A stretch of DNA of 64,000 nucleotides from an uncultured Thalassobaculaceae bacterium (GTDB lineage: Bacteria > Pseudomonadota > Alphaproteobacteria > Thalassobaculales > Thalassobaculaceae), in NCBI GenBank assembly GCA_964276085.1, contig CAXYEO010000026.1, positions 1,305 to 65,304 of the forward strand. Reading direction: 5' to 3'. The position numbers and the translations under genes are program-made. The notes under the pieces are model-generated. The model saw only the letters and a list, made by a program, of their open reading frames with translations, was not told where the DNA came from and did no database searches. This document shows, piece after piece, positions 8,572-18,081 of this stretch (position 1 is its first letter; each line of letters begins with the position of its first letter).

Positions 8572-10239
8572 TTAACGTTGAAATAATCCCCAATTAGGAT
8601 GGCGCCAAACTTGTGCGTCTATTGGGACTAATGGTTTATTCCCATTTATCGTATCTGCAATTTTTTCAGCTATCATTATAGTTGGTGCATTTAAATTACC
8701 ACTTACTATAGAGGGCATAATTGACGCATCTACTACTCTAAGTTTATTTGTTCCATGAATTAGACCTGAATTGTCAACAACTGCAAATTTCCCCTCTCCC
8801 ATAGCGCAAGTACAAGACGGATGGTAAGCACTTTCCCCAAAAGCCCTCACAAATGCGTCTATCTCTTCATCTTTTTGCACATGGCTACCAGGTGATAGCT
8901 CTTCGCCATTTAGAGGCTTAAAAGAGGATTGAGTTAATATTTCCCGCGTTAATTTGATAGCTTCTCTCATTTCCAAACGATCGTTATCGGTAGCCATGTA
9001 ATTGAACAATATTTTTGGATCATCCCTAGGGTACTTAGACCCGAGCCAGACACGGCCACGACTGGTTGGCCGCATTGGACCAACGTGCACTTGGTAGCCA
9101 TGACAGTTTTGCGCCTTACTTCCATCATAATTCATAGCTATTGGTAGGAAATGATACTGAATATTTGGATGCTCTATTCCCGCATGTGACCGTATAAAAC
9201 CACCCGCCTCAAAGTGGTTCGTAGCGCCTAAACCGGTGCCACTTAAGATCCACTGAAGCCCAATCATTAATTTCCGGAAAGGGTTATGGACACCATAGAG
9301 TGAGATGGGTTGTATACACTTCATCTGGAGATAAATTTCCAAGTGATCCTGCAAATTTTCTCCCACACCAGGTAAGTCGTTCAATACAGGGACACCAATA
9401 CTATTCAAATGAGCACCAGGACCAATACCTGATAACATTAAAAGCTTTGGAGTGTTAATCGCCCCTGCACTTAAGATTACCTCTTTTCCGGCATAGACAC
9501 AGACCTTAGACCCATCTTTCTCAAACTCTACACCGCGTGCAGTCCCATCTTCTATAAGGACCTTATTTACAAATGCATTCTTCTCAATAAACAGGCCTTT
9601 TCTAATTGAAGCGCCTTTCAAATATGCTTTGGCTGAACTACAGCGACGCCCTTCGTCTACGGTCATATCCATGCGCCCGAGCCCCTCTTGCTGATAACCG
9701 TTAGGGTCATTAGTGACGGGGTAGCCTGCCTCCTTACCAGCCATTAACCAAGCCTTGTAAAGTGGGTTTTCCATCTTACCTGCCGTTACTTTTAAGGGGC
9801 CATCGGCTCCACGATAAATATCCCCCCCTACATCTAAGCACTCAGCTTTTTTAAAATACGGCAGACAATCAGAATACGACCAATCGCGACATCCATCAGT
9901 TTGCGCCCAGCGATTATAATCGAACGCATGTCCTCGAACATACGCCATCCCATTAATGGAGCTTGAACCGCCAAGCACCTTGCCTCTAGGACAATACATT
10001 CTGCGACTGTTCATGTGGGGATCAGGTTCGGATTTATAGGCCCAATTAATAGAAGTACTTGCCATCGGATATGCCAGAGCAGCAGGCATATGGATTTTCC
10101 AATTCCACCAACGGTCAGCTTTACCAGCCTCGATTAGTAAAACCTTATTTAACGGGTTCTCCGTTAGCCTGTTAGCTAGCACGCAACCTGCTGAGCCAGC
10201 CCCTACAATGATATAGTCAAACGTTCTTTCCGATATCAA
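8572..10239 (-). CDS. betA: Choline dehydrogenase (GMC oxidoreductase)
   Basis: 555-aa ORF with FAD motif FDYIIVGAGSAGCVLANRLTE. YQVHVGPMRPTSRGRVWLGSKYPRDDPKILFNYMATDNDRLEMREAIKLTREI and HPSCTCAMG closely parallel E. coli BetA blocks recalled from memory. It apparently starts at TTG. Confidence 0.8.
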   Translation of the reverse strand: MISERTFDYIIVGAGSAGCVLANRLTENPLNKVLLIEAGKADRWWNWKIHMPAALAYPMASTSINWAYKSEPDPHMNSRRMYCPRGKVLGGSSSINGMAYVRGHAFDYNRWAQTDGCRDWSYSDCLPYFKKAECLDVGGDIYRGADGPLKVTAGKMENPLYKAWLMAGKEAGYPVTNDPNGYQQEGLGRMDMTVDEGRRCSSAKAYLKGASIRKGLFIEKNAFVNKVLIEDGTARGVEFEKDGSKVCVYAGKEVILSAGAINTPKLLMLSGIGPGAHLNSIGVPVLNDLPGVGENLQDHLEIYLQMKCIQPISLYGVHNPFRKLMIGLQWILSGTGLGATNHFEAGGFIRSHAGIEHPNIQYHFLPIAMNYDGSKAQNCHGYQVHVGPMRPTSRGRVWLGSKYPRDDPKILFNYMATDNDRLEMREAIKLTREILTQSSFKPLNGEELSPGSHVQKDEEIDAFVRAFGESAYHPSCTCAMGEGKFAVVDNSGLIHGTNKLRVVDASIMPSIVSGNLNAPTIMIAEKIADTINGNKPLVPIDAQVWRHPNWGLFQR

Positions 10240-10306
10240 AAAATTAGCCTTTTGAGAGAGTTTATGAAGACACTTTAGTCAAAGTGAAGAAGCGCCTATG
10301 TTTAGA

Positions 10307-10663
10307 CTATTTTTTTTCTACATGTTGGTTCTTTGAGTTATCTTTATTCAATTTACCTTGCTCTGTACGATAAATTGATTTTCCAAATGGATTTCTTTTG
10401 ATTTGATCTATGTGTCCATAGTCCCAGGGTCTGTAAACATCGAAGATCATTTTTTCTTCGAGCCATTCATCGCTGACATTTTGTGATCTGAAAATCATAA
10501 AATGAACTGAAAAAACCATAGACCATGAGATCATAGGCCAAAACGTGGCCCATTCCTCCAATAAAAAGAAATCGACAAGAAGCATAACACTAATGCCAAT
10601 TAAGAAAATAAATTGGTGTCGGCGAAAATATTTTAACAAGAGGATGTTTAGTCGATTTAACAT
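10307..10663 (-). CDS. Small membrane protein, 2TM-like
   Basis: 118-aa ORF with two predicted TM helices (FIFLIGISVMLLVDFFLL and FWPMISWSMVFSVHFMIF) and a charged tail. It lies 16 nt downstream of the preceding ORF. Confidence 0.5.
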   Translation of the reverse strand: MLNRLNILLLKYFRRHQFIFLIGISVMLLVDFFLLEEWATFWPMISWSMVFSVHFMIFRSQNVSDEWLEEKMIFDVYRPWDYGHIDQIKRNPFGKSIYRTEQGKLNKDNSKNQHVEKK

Positions 10664-10679
10664 TTTTCTGCCACAACGG

Positions 10680-11159
10680 TTAAAATAATCTGCGCCGTGT
10701 TCGGTTTTCAGGTTCCCTTGTTGGCAGTATTGAATAAACGCGACATACCGTGATCACCCGCCACATGTAACGGGCAACACATAACACTATTACTAACAAG
10801 ACAAGCTCATCAATCAATTCCATTTTAGTCGGAAATCCGTAAACAAAGAGAGTAACGAGCACGACTAAGGGAGCACTAGTTGCATAATACGCTGCATAAA
10901 TGTTTTTGACCGTCCCCACCAAAACAACAGCAGAGACAATCGTAAAGCAGTAGATTGCCGCCACCTTGGACACACCATATGGTGCCTGTCCTGTAATTGA
11001 TGTAAATGTTCCAACGCCAAAGAGAACCGAAGACATAATAGCAAAAAAGAACAGTTCATTATCCGCTTGGCTACGGCTCAATTTTGAGATTGCGGTAAAA
11101 TAGGGAGTAGTCTCCGGGTCCCAAACATATCGTTTCAAAAAGTTTTGTAATTTAAACAT
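10680..11159 (-). CDS. Hypothetical integral membrane protein (about 4 TM)
   Basis: ORF with four hydrophobic segments and an R-rich C-terminus. The track starts at TTG 11180; ATG 11159 (MFKLQNF) is an alternative. I recognise no family. Confidence 0.45.
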   Translation of the reverse strand: MFKLQNFLKRYVWDPETTPYFTAISKLSRSQADNELFFFAIMSSVLFGVGTFTSITGQAPYGVSKVAAIYCFTIVSAVVLVGTVKNIYAAYYATSAPLVVLVTLFVYGFPTKMELIDELVLLVIVLCVARYMWRVITVCRVYSILPTREPENRTRRRLF

Positions 11160-11189
11160 TTTCTGCAACTCACTCTTCAAGTAACAGTT

Positions 11190-11228
11190 AAGGGTGCTTT
11201 AATTAAATATCAAGCACCCTTTTTTTTA
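11190..11228 (+). terminator. Intrinsic-terminator-like hairpin oriented for the plus strand
   Basis: AAGGGTGCTT (11190..11199), a 12-nt loop, then AAGCACCCTT (11212..11221) running into T8 (11220..11227). On the minus strand the stem is followed by AACTGTTAC, which is not U-rich. Confidence 0.45.
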
Positions 11229-11277
11229 AATAAATAGAAGGTGAGCTTTACTAGAAAGATCAACTACTAATTAGCTA

Positions 11278-12057
11278 CTACTTTTGGTCATCAGAGCCAA
11301 GGATTTGTTTTGTTTGTCGTTCCAAATCCTCTTCAACCGAGACAGTCAGGTCAACAGCCATACGATCTTTACCCTCTATGGTGTCCCCTTCATGTTCGGG
11401 CCACTCTAAAGTCATTAATTCAAATCTCGTACCGGCTGGAGCAAACAAAGCTAAAAACGATTGTATCCAAACTGCTATGCCAGCCAAAATAGCTACAAAT
11501 AACCCTAAGGTCAGTATCGTCTTAATGATGTACCTGTATGGAAGCCCAACTTGAGATGCTGATATTTCCATTATGTCCCACGACTCATACGCAAAGACAG
11601 CCGCGAAATAGCAGACCACGCACATGTAAGGTATCATAAAGAATGTAGCCCCTAATAATTCCAACCAAGCTTTGCGTCGAAACTTTAAATGCTCTCGAAC
11701 AACATCAACACGTACCTGTGTATTCCAAATAACACCAAAACCAAGAACAAGGGAAAAAAGCGCCGTATGAAAATGCCATTCAGATTCTTGCAAGAGTGTT
11801 GACTCAAATATCTGGCCAAATCCATAATCTTCAGCCCAATATTTAATATCAATCTGTAATTTTCCAGTCTTTCTGAGGCAAACATCGTATACTGTGATGA
11901 GTATCATCGGAACGAATAGCAATGAAGCCCATCGACCTGCGAAATCAACTATTTTCCTTATCTTATAAACCACCTGGATAAGTACTTGAGCAACGCCTTC
12001 GCTTAAAAGGTTACCGCCTGCCTCATCGCCACGGGTGAATATCTCTTCAGAAGCCAT
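11278..12057 (-). CDS. TRAP transporter small permease subunit (DctQ-like, long form)
   Basis: 259-aa ORF with four TM segments and a family-typical core (VPMILITVYDVCLRK...WHFHTALFSLVLGFG...VRVDV). It starts 14 nt after the upstream large-permease gene. Confidence 0.8.
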   Translation of the reverse strand: MASEEIFTRGDEAGGNLLSEGVAQVLIQVVYKIRKIVDFAGRWASLLFVPMILITVYDVCLRKTGKLQIDIKYWAEDYGFGQIFESTLLQESEWHFHTALFSLVLGFGVIWNTQVRVDVVREHLKFRRKAWLELLGATFFMIPYMCVVCYFAAVFAYESWDIMEISASQVGLPYRYIIKTILTLGLFVAILAGIAVWIQSFLALFAPAGTRFELMTLEWPEHEGDTIEGKDRMAVDLTVSVEEDLERQTKQILGSDDQK

Positions 12058-12071
12058 GTGTTTGTCCTTCC

Positions 12072-13601
12072 TTAACCGTGCACATAATGCATTAGAGAAA
12101 GCGCCACATCAGGAAAAGCCAATACTGTGACAACACCTAGCGCCTGTAAAATTACAAAAGGAATAATACCTTTATAGATAGCCTGAATTTTAATTTCTCT
12201 CGGGGCGATACCTTTCATATAGAACAATGCAAAGCCAAACGGCGGCGTGAGAAAAGATGTTTGTAAGTTAACCGCCAAAAGTATGATGAACCAAAATTTT
12301 ATATCTTCCTTAGCTATATGATCACCAAAATCCAAACCGGCAACTAATGGCGTGAATACCGGCAGAACAATCAATGTGATTTCTAGCCAGTCAAGAAAGA
12401 ACCCAAGAAAAAAGACGATAGTCATAATTAGAATAAGCATTCCCCATGCATCTAATCCCGCCTTTTCGACTATAAGGTGTTCGACAACATCATCACCACC
12501 AAGTGATCTGTACACATAGGCGAAACATGTTGCGCTTATAACGATAAAGAAAATCATTGAAACAGTTTTAGCAGACGCATGGCATACCTGAACAAGCGTC
12601 CCTCCTCCTAACCGTCCATTTGCTATTGCCAAAAGCGTAGCACCAAAAGCACCGACCGCTCCCGCCTCCGACGGAGTAGCCCAACCTAACAAAATTGATC
12701 CCTTAATTAAAGAAATCAAAAATACTGGGGGCAAAAAGCTACGTGCGATTAATGGGCCCATTTCATTTCTAGGAACGTTTAATAAGTTCGCAGGGAGTGG
12801 TGGCGCCATATCCGGTTTTATAGCTGATATAGTGGCCACAAATATTAGATAGAACGCGGCTAAGGTGAGACCTGGCACAACGGCTGCCATAAACACATTA
12901 CCAACCGAAATCGCCATTAGGTCTGCCATAATAATCAACATTATACTTGGCGGTATCAGTATACCCAGCGTACCAGACGCAGCTATAACGCCACATGAGA
13001 GCGAGTGGCTATACCCTTGCCGCATCATTGTCGGTAATGCCAGGGCCGTCATCATTGTCACAGACGCACCTATAATTCCAGTCATGGCAGCGAGGATTGT
13101 ACCCATTACGGTAACAGCAAGAGCCAGCGCTCCCGGTACACGCTTAAGAAGGACTTGAACGCAGTATAGCAAATCATTTGCTATACCGCTTCTCTCCATC
13201 ATCACGCCCATAAACACGAAAGCAGGGACAGCAACTAAAACAAGGTTCTCAGCAGCTTGCCCCCATATTCTAGGAATAAAATTGAAAAATTCAATTAAAG
13301 AAAACGAATCTAGAAAGAATCCTAGCAACCCAAAAAGCATTGCCAGACCACCCAATATAAAAGCTACGGGATATCCTGAAAACAATAAGAGTGCCAAAGT
13401 GAGAAACATCACCATCGAAATATATTCTTGGCCAACCCAAACCAACGCTTCACCGCGAGAAATCTCTTCCTCGATCATCAAGGATCCTGACAGCGTGTAG
13501 GCACCGAAGGTACACAAAACCAGGACTAACGCCAGCAAACTAAACATTAGTATCGCGACTTTTGCCTCGCCAGACCGTGTCTCTACGCTTGATTCATCCA
13601 T
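12072..13601 (-). CDS. TRAP transporter large permease (DctM family), paralogue 2
   Basis: 509-aa polytopic ORF with DctM blocks: GYPVAFILGG, LVAVPAFVFMGVMMERSGIANDL, GTLGILIPPSIMLII, TPSEAGAVGAFGA, FLTPPFGFALFYMKGIAP. Confidence 0.9.
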   Translation of the reverse strand: MDESSVETRSGEAKVAILMFSLLALVLVLCTFGAYTLSGSLMIEEEISRGEALVWVGQEYISMVMFLTLALLLFSGYPVAFILGGLAMLFGLLGFFLDSFSLIEFFNFIPRIWGQAAENLVLVAVPAFVFMGVMMERSGIANDLLYCVQVLLKRVPGALALAVTVMGTILAAMTGIIGASVTMMTALALPTMMRQGYSHSLSCGVIAASGTLGILIPPSIMLIIMADLMAISVGNVFMAAVVPGLTLAAFYLIFVATISAIKPDMAPPLPANLLNVPRNEMGPLIARSFLPPVFLISLIKGSILLGWATPSEAGAVGAFGATLLAIANGRLGGGTLVQVCHASAKTVSMIFFIVISATCFAYVYRSLGGDDVVEHLIVEKAGLDAWGMLILIMTIVFFLGFFLDWLEITLIVLPVFTPLVAGLDFGDHIAKEDIKFWFIILLAVNLQTSFLTPPFGFALFYMKGIAPREIKIQAIYKGIIPFVILQALGVVTVLAFPDVALSLMHYVHG

Positions 13602-13837
13602 CTAATATTCCCCGTCCCGTATTATTTTACTTGGTTGTGACCCTTTTACTGGGTCATCTATTATATTGATGTTTTAAACCTTCATGTAAGAGATGTAAAA
13701 CATTACACTAACACTGCGGTACCACCAAACCAAGAATCGTTTGATTAGAATAATCATAGTTTCTTAAATTTCTATAAAAATCTATTATTTTCCTTATGAA
13801 TTTAAAATATTATTTCCAATTCGTTAAGAAACCTCGT

Positions 13838-15367
13838 CTAATCATATGCCGCATGCATTAACCAAAGTGCAACCTCGGGAAATGCCATAACCGTTACGAC
13901 GCCTAAAGCTTGAAGAATCACAAATGGAATTATACCCTTATAAATTGACTGTATACGTATCTCCTTGGGTGCTATCCCTTTCATGTAAAACAGTGCAAAC
14001 CCAAACGGCGGCGTTAGAAACGAAGTTTGTAAATTAACCGCTAAGAGAATTATAAACCAAAACTTTATATCAGCTTTTGCTAGGTGGTCACCAAAATCCA
14101 TCTGTATGATTAATGGCGTGAAAACAGGTAACACAATTAACGTTATTTCTAGAAAGTCTAAAAAGAAGCCAAGAAAGAATACAATTACCATTACGAGGAT
14201 TAACATCCCCCAAGGCCCTAGTCCTGCTTTTTCAATAATGAGTGTTTCTACGACGTCGTCACCGCCCAATGATCTATAAACATAAGCAAAACAAGTAGCA
14301 CTTATGACAATGAAGAAGATCATAGACACTGTTCGAGCTGCGGTATGACAAACTGATACTAAAGTATTCTTACTCAATCGACCATTGGCTGCCGCCAATA
14401 ATGTCGCACCAAAGGCGCCAACTGCTCCAGCTTCGGATGGTGTAGCAAAGCCAAAAAGGATAGAACCTTTGATTAACGTGATGAGAAAAACTGGAGGCAA
14501 AAAACTCCTTAGAACTAGTGGAAGCATTTCTCCTTTCGGAATATTCAACAAGTTTGCAGGCAAAGGTGGAGCCAGGCTGGGCTTAACAGCGGCTAATGTT
14601 GCTACATAAATTAAATAAAAGGTGGCTAATGTAAGTCCAGGAACCACCGCTGCCATAAATACATTACCAACCGAAATAGCCATTAAATCAGCCATTATGA
14701 TAAGCATAATACTAGGAGGAATAAGTATTCCCAAAGTACCTGATGCCGCAATAACCCCTGTGGCAAGAGCATGACTGTACCCCTGCCGCATCATCGTTGG
14801 CAATGCGAGCGCGGTCATCATAGTAACTGAAGCACCAATAATACCTGTCATGGCAGCTAATATTGTCCCCATAACTGTAACCGCTAGAGCAAGAGCGCCC
14901 GGCACCCTGCGCAACAAGACTTGAACGCAGTAAAGTAGGTCATTTGCAATTCCGCTGCGCTCCAGCATAACCCCCATGTAAACGAATGCAGGTACTGCAA
15001 CCAGGACAAGATTCTCTGCCGCCATCCCCCAAATTCTGGGAACAAAGTTGAAAAATTCAATCAGTGAGAACATATCCAGGTAATAACCAATTACCCCAAA
15101 TAGCATTGATAAACCACCGAGAATAAATGCAACCGGATATCCAGAAAAAAGTAACATAGCGAGCGTCAAAAACATTGCTATAGAGATGTATTCTCGGGTC
15201 ACAGAGTAGATAGCCTCCGCACGGCCAATCTCTTCCAAAGCCATTAGATGACCAGATTCATATACTACAGCAATCGCGCCAATTGTAACAATCACGCCAA
15301 CAAAAAATAATAATAGCATAGCAACTTTGTGCTCGGACGATTTATTAGCGCTAACCGGTTGGCTCAT
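13838..15367 (-). CDS. TRAP transporter large permease (DctM family), paralogue 1
   Basis: 509-aa ORF that aligns without gaps to 12072..13601. Most residues are identical after about residue 60. It carries the same DctM blocks. Confidence 0.9.
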   Translation of the reverse strand: MSQPVSANKSSEHKVAMLLLFFVGVIVTIGAIAVVYESGHLMALEEIGRAEAIYSVTREYISIAMFLTLAMLLFSGYPVAFILGGLSMLFGVIGYYLDMFSLIEFFNFVPRIWGMAAENLVLVAVPAFVYMGVMLERSGIANDLLYCVQVLLRRVPGALALAVTVMGTILAAMTGIIGASVTMMTALALPTMMRQGYSHALATGVIAASGTLGILIPPSIMLIIMADLMAISVGNVFMAAVVPGLTLATFYLIYVATLAAVKPSLAPPLPANLLNIPKGEMLPLVLRSFLPPVFLITLIKGSILFGFATPSEAGAVGAFGATLLAAANGRLSKNTLVSVCHTAARTVSMIFFIVISATCFAYVYRSLGGDDVVETLIIEKAGLGPWGMLILVMVIVFFLGFFLDFLEITLIVLPVFTPLIIQMDFGDHLAKADIKFWFIILLAVNLQTSFLTPPFGFALFYMKGIAPKEIRIQSIYKGIIPFVILQALGVVTVMAFPEVALWLMHAAYD

Positions 15368-15485
15368 TATCTATCACCTCCCCTTTACTTTCTGACTTCA
15401 TAACAGACACTAAAACTGATTTGAATATCAACCGAAGCATTATCACACGCTCGATAAATATTTAGTGTTTGTTGTAATTTATCTT

Positions 15486-15517
15486 GGAACAAAAATCGGG
15501 GGCCATTATGGCCCCCG
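15486..15517 (-). terminator. Rho-independent terminator/attenuator between dctP and dctM-1
   Basis: Minus strand reads CGGGGGCC-ATAAT-GGCCCCCG followed by ATTTTTGTT, a GC-rich stem plus U-run 50 nt downstream of the dctP stop. Confidence 0.7.
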
Positions 15518-15565
15518 AAATCTTTACCAGCATCGCTTAAATTCAAGCGATTAAATGCATCTAAA

Positions 15566-16636
15566 TTATTTTAGATACGTTGGCTTAAGAGACTGAGCTT
15601 CACCCCAGATCTTGTAGTTTTTACGGAATGTGTAAAAACTATCAGCGAACTCTTTGAAAGTTTTATCCTTTGCTGATTCTTCAGCAACAACTTCCATCCA
15701 AGCTTTTTCAAATACAGCCAACTGGTCATCAGTCCATCGACGATTTGTCACGCCATATTTATTTTTCATTTCTAGCATAGCACCAAAGTTCTGAGCTTCA
15801 GTTTCTGCATACTCATAGATCATATTTGCTTTACAACCGATACTGATGAGTCGCTTATTCTGCTTACTCAATGCGTCATGCATTTTTTTGTTGGACAAGA
15901 ACTCTCCAACAGAAATTTGTTGGTGCCATCCAGGATAGTAGTTATTTTTTGCGATTTGATAGAAACCAAGAGAAATATCCATGTTAGGCATGGAAAATTC
16001 AGTCGCGTCAATAACACCACGTTCTAGTGCTGGATAGATATCAGCGCCGGCAAGAAGCTGGGTTGATACACCAATCTTAGTCATGACTTTTGCACCAAGA
16101 CCAAAGAAACGCATTTTAAGACCACGAAGGCTCTCTAGATCTTTAACAGGCTCTTTAAACCAACCGGAAGTTTCAGGACCAATTAGACCACAAGCTGTTG
16201 AGTGCAAGTTATGCTTCGAGTAGATTTTTGTAGCGATGTCCTTACCGCCGCCAAACCACTGCCAACCCATGAATTCTCCAGCACCAGGACCGAATGGAAC
16301 TGCAGTCATGAATGCCAATCCAGGGTATTTACCGGTATGGTAACCAGGTGTTGTGTAGCAAGATTCTACTGAACCTTTTGATACCGCATCCCAACACTCT
16401 AGAGGCGGGATTAACGCGCCTGGCTCAAAAAACTTAACGGCGAATTTACCACCGGATGCTACAGTAATATGATCCGCAATTCGTTGTCCTGCTGGACCAA
16501 GGTGTGCAAGTGTACTGGCAAATGCAGCCTGCATTTTCCATTTTACTTTCTTTGCCTGTGCTTCCGAAACTGGGCTAAGTGCGAACGCACCAGCAACAGC
16601 AACGAGAGCAGCAGTTTTTAAAAGTGATTTACTCAT
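15566..16636 (-). CDS. TRAP transporter substrate-binding protein (DctP family, COG4663-like)
   Basis: 356-aa ORF with signal peptide MSKSLLKTAALVAVAGAFALSPVSEAQA and a GGAGG RBS. It has family-typical blocks: GYHTGKYPGLAFMTAVPFG, GLKMRFFGLGAKVM, IYPALERGVIDATEF. Confidence 0.9.
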   Translation of the reverse strand: MSKSLLKTAALVAVAGAFALSPVSEAQAKKVKWKMQAAFASTLAHLGPAGQRIADHITVASGGKFAVKFFEPGALIPPLECWDAVSKGSVESCYTTPGYHTGKYPGLAFMTAVPFGPGAGEFMGWQWFGGGKDIATKIYSKHNLHSTACGLIGPETSGWFKEPVKDLESLRGLKMRFFGLGAKVMTKIGVSTQLLAGADIYPALERGVIDATEFSMPNMDISLGFYQIAKNNYYPGWHQQISVGEFLSNKKMHDALSKQNKRLISIGCKANMIYEYAETEAQNFGAMLEMKNKYGVTNRRWTDDQLAVFEKAWMEVVAEESAKDKTFKEFADSFYTFRKNYKIWGEAQSLKPTYLK

Positions 16637-16944
16637 ATACTAATTCCTCCCTGTTTATATTCCCACCTTGTGTTTCAAGATGAATTTATTAGCCCAGAAG
16701 TGGAGATCCCCTTCTGTTGCCACTTTATTTCACTCAGACAAAGTCGTCCACTTGAGTGATATGTGCGACACAGCTTTCTAGACCCTAGCTGACAGATTAA
16801 AGGATGACAATCCTGAGAAAAGCCCTTTTCCTACTTTTTTTCAGCACTTTTACCAAAAACAAGGATTAATCGAGCACCCTAACATTCTCACAACGACTGA
16901 AAGAATGGAGTTTTAAAAAAAAAACTTTGTTACTGACAATTATT

Positions 16945-18071
16945 TCAATTTTTGAATTCAAGGCGAATAGTTTCATTATTCTGTCCAATTTCTGGAACAC
17001 TGAGTATATCGACTGCTTCCCCTTTGACGGTGGATGGGGGCGCCATGACGTCTATTCTTCCCTGTGGTGTATCCACTTGTATCTTATTCAAAGCAGGGTG
17101 ATTAAGAACGTCTTCAATCGTATTTACTGCTCCAAATGCTATTTTGGCGTCTATCAATCGTCGGCGCACCTCATCACGTGTCAAACGTGATAAAATTTCT
17201 TCTATTTCACTATCTAAAAATTTTCTATTTGCCAAACGTGCAACATTATCGATTACTTTTTTGTTGTTAGCTAAACCAGGTTTTTGAAGAACCTGATCAC
17301 ATAATCTGCTCCATTCCCTTTGATTTTGTACCGCAATTAAAATTAATTCCTCATTAGCGCACTCATACGCACCGTAAGGTGCGATTGCTGGATGGTGTAA
17401 ACCGATACGTTGTTCACTCAATTCTCCATATGCCTGATGCAATAACCATGGCGACAACCATTCGACCATTCCACCGAACATGGAGGTTTTAATTGTAGAG
17501 CCTTCTCCTGTTCTGCCACGTTTTATTAACGCCTCCAACACGGCAATTTTGGAGTACATACCTGCAGCGATATCGCAAACAGAAGCCCCCACCCGCCCCA
17601 TGACCTCTGGAGACCCTGTTACAGAAATCAAGCCGCTCTCTCCCTGAACAAGAAAGTCATATGCCTTCATATCGGAATATTCACCCTCTTCACCATAACC
17701 GGAGATATCGACGGTTATTAACTTCGGATAACGAACCCGTAAATCCTCTGAACCAAAACCAGCACGCTCTGCAGCACCTGGCGCTAGATTTTGGACAAAA
17801 ACGTCTGCCTTAGCTAAAATACGCTCTAATAAGTGATGCGTCCTCAGGGTTTTTTTATATCTAGAACTAGGCTTTCCTTGCCTCTATTCAGCCAAACAAA
17901 GTACGCAGATTGGCCCATTACCTGGTGGTCGTATCCGCGCGCAAAGTCCCCGTCTGCTCTTTCAATTTTAATTACTCTCGCTCCTGCGTCTGCAAGACGA
18001 CTAGTGCAATAAGGCGCTGCCACGGCCTGCTCCAACGCGACAACTAAAATACCTTCTAGTGGCTTGCTCAT
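16945..18071 (-). pseudogene. Family III (CaiB/Frc-like) CoA-transferase split by a frameshift in an A7 tract
   Basis: ATG 18071 (AAGGA RBS) gives MSKPLEGILVVALEQAVAAPYCTSRLADAGARVIKIE...NRGKESLVLDIKKP then a stop. The -1 frame continues KKTLRTHHLLERILAKADVFVQNLAPGAAERAGFG...ISGYGEEGEYSDMKAYDFLVQGESGL...CDIAAGMYSKIAVLEAL... through to 16945. The total length plus 1 nt gives about 375 aa, normal for the family. Confidence 0.7.
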
Positions 18072-18081
18072 TGATAAATCC

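Noticed and set aside
12072-15367. The two dctM copies as an assembly duplication or a recently transposed segment
   Set aside because: The nucleotide sequences differ at many synonymous positions along their whole length, and the N-terminal ~60 codons are largely different. No flanking repeats or mobile genes are present.
16637-16944. 308-bp leader upstream of dctP examined for a riboswitch (two small hairpins: CACTCA...TGAGTG and CAGAAGTGG-AGAT-CCCCTTCTG)
   Set aside because: I could not match it to any riboswitch consensus I know (glycine, TPP, SAM, cobalamin, purine and others). The hairpins are short and could arise by chance or be ordinary mRNA structure. A covariance-model scan would be needed to test this.
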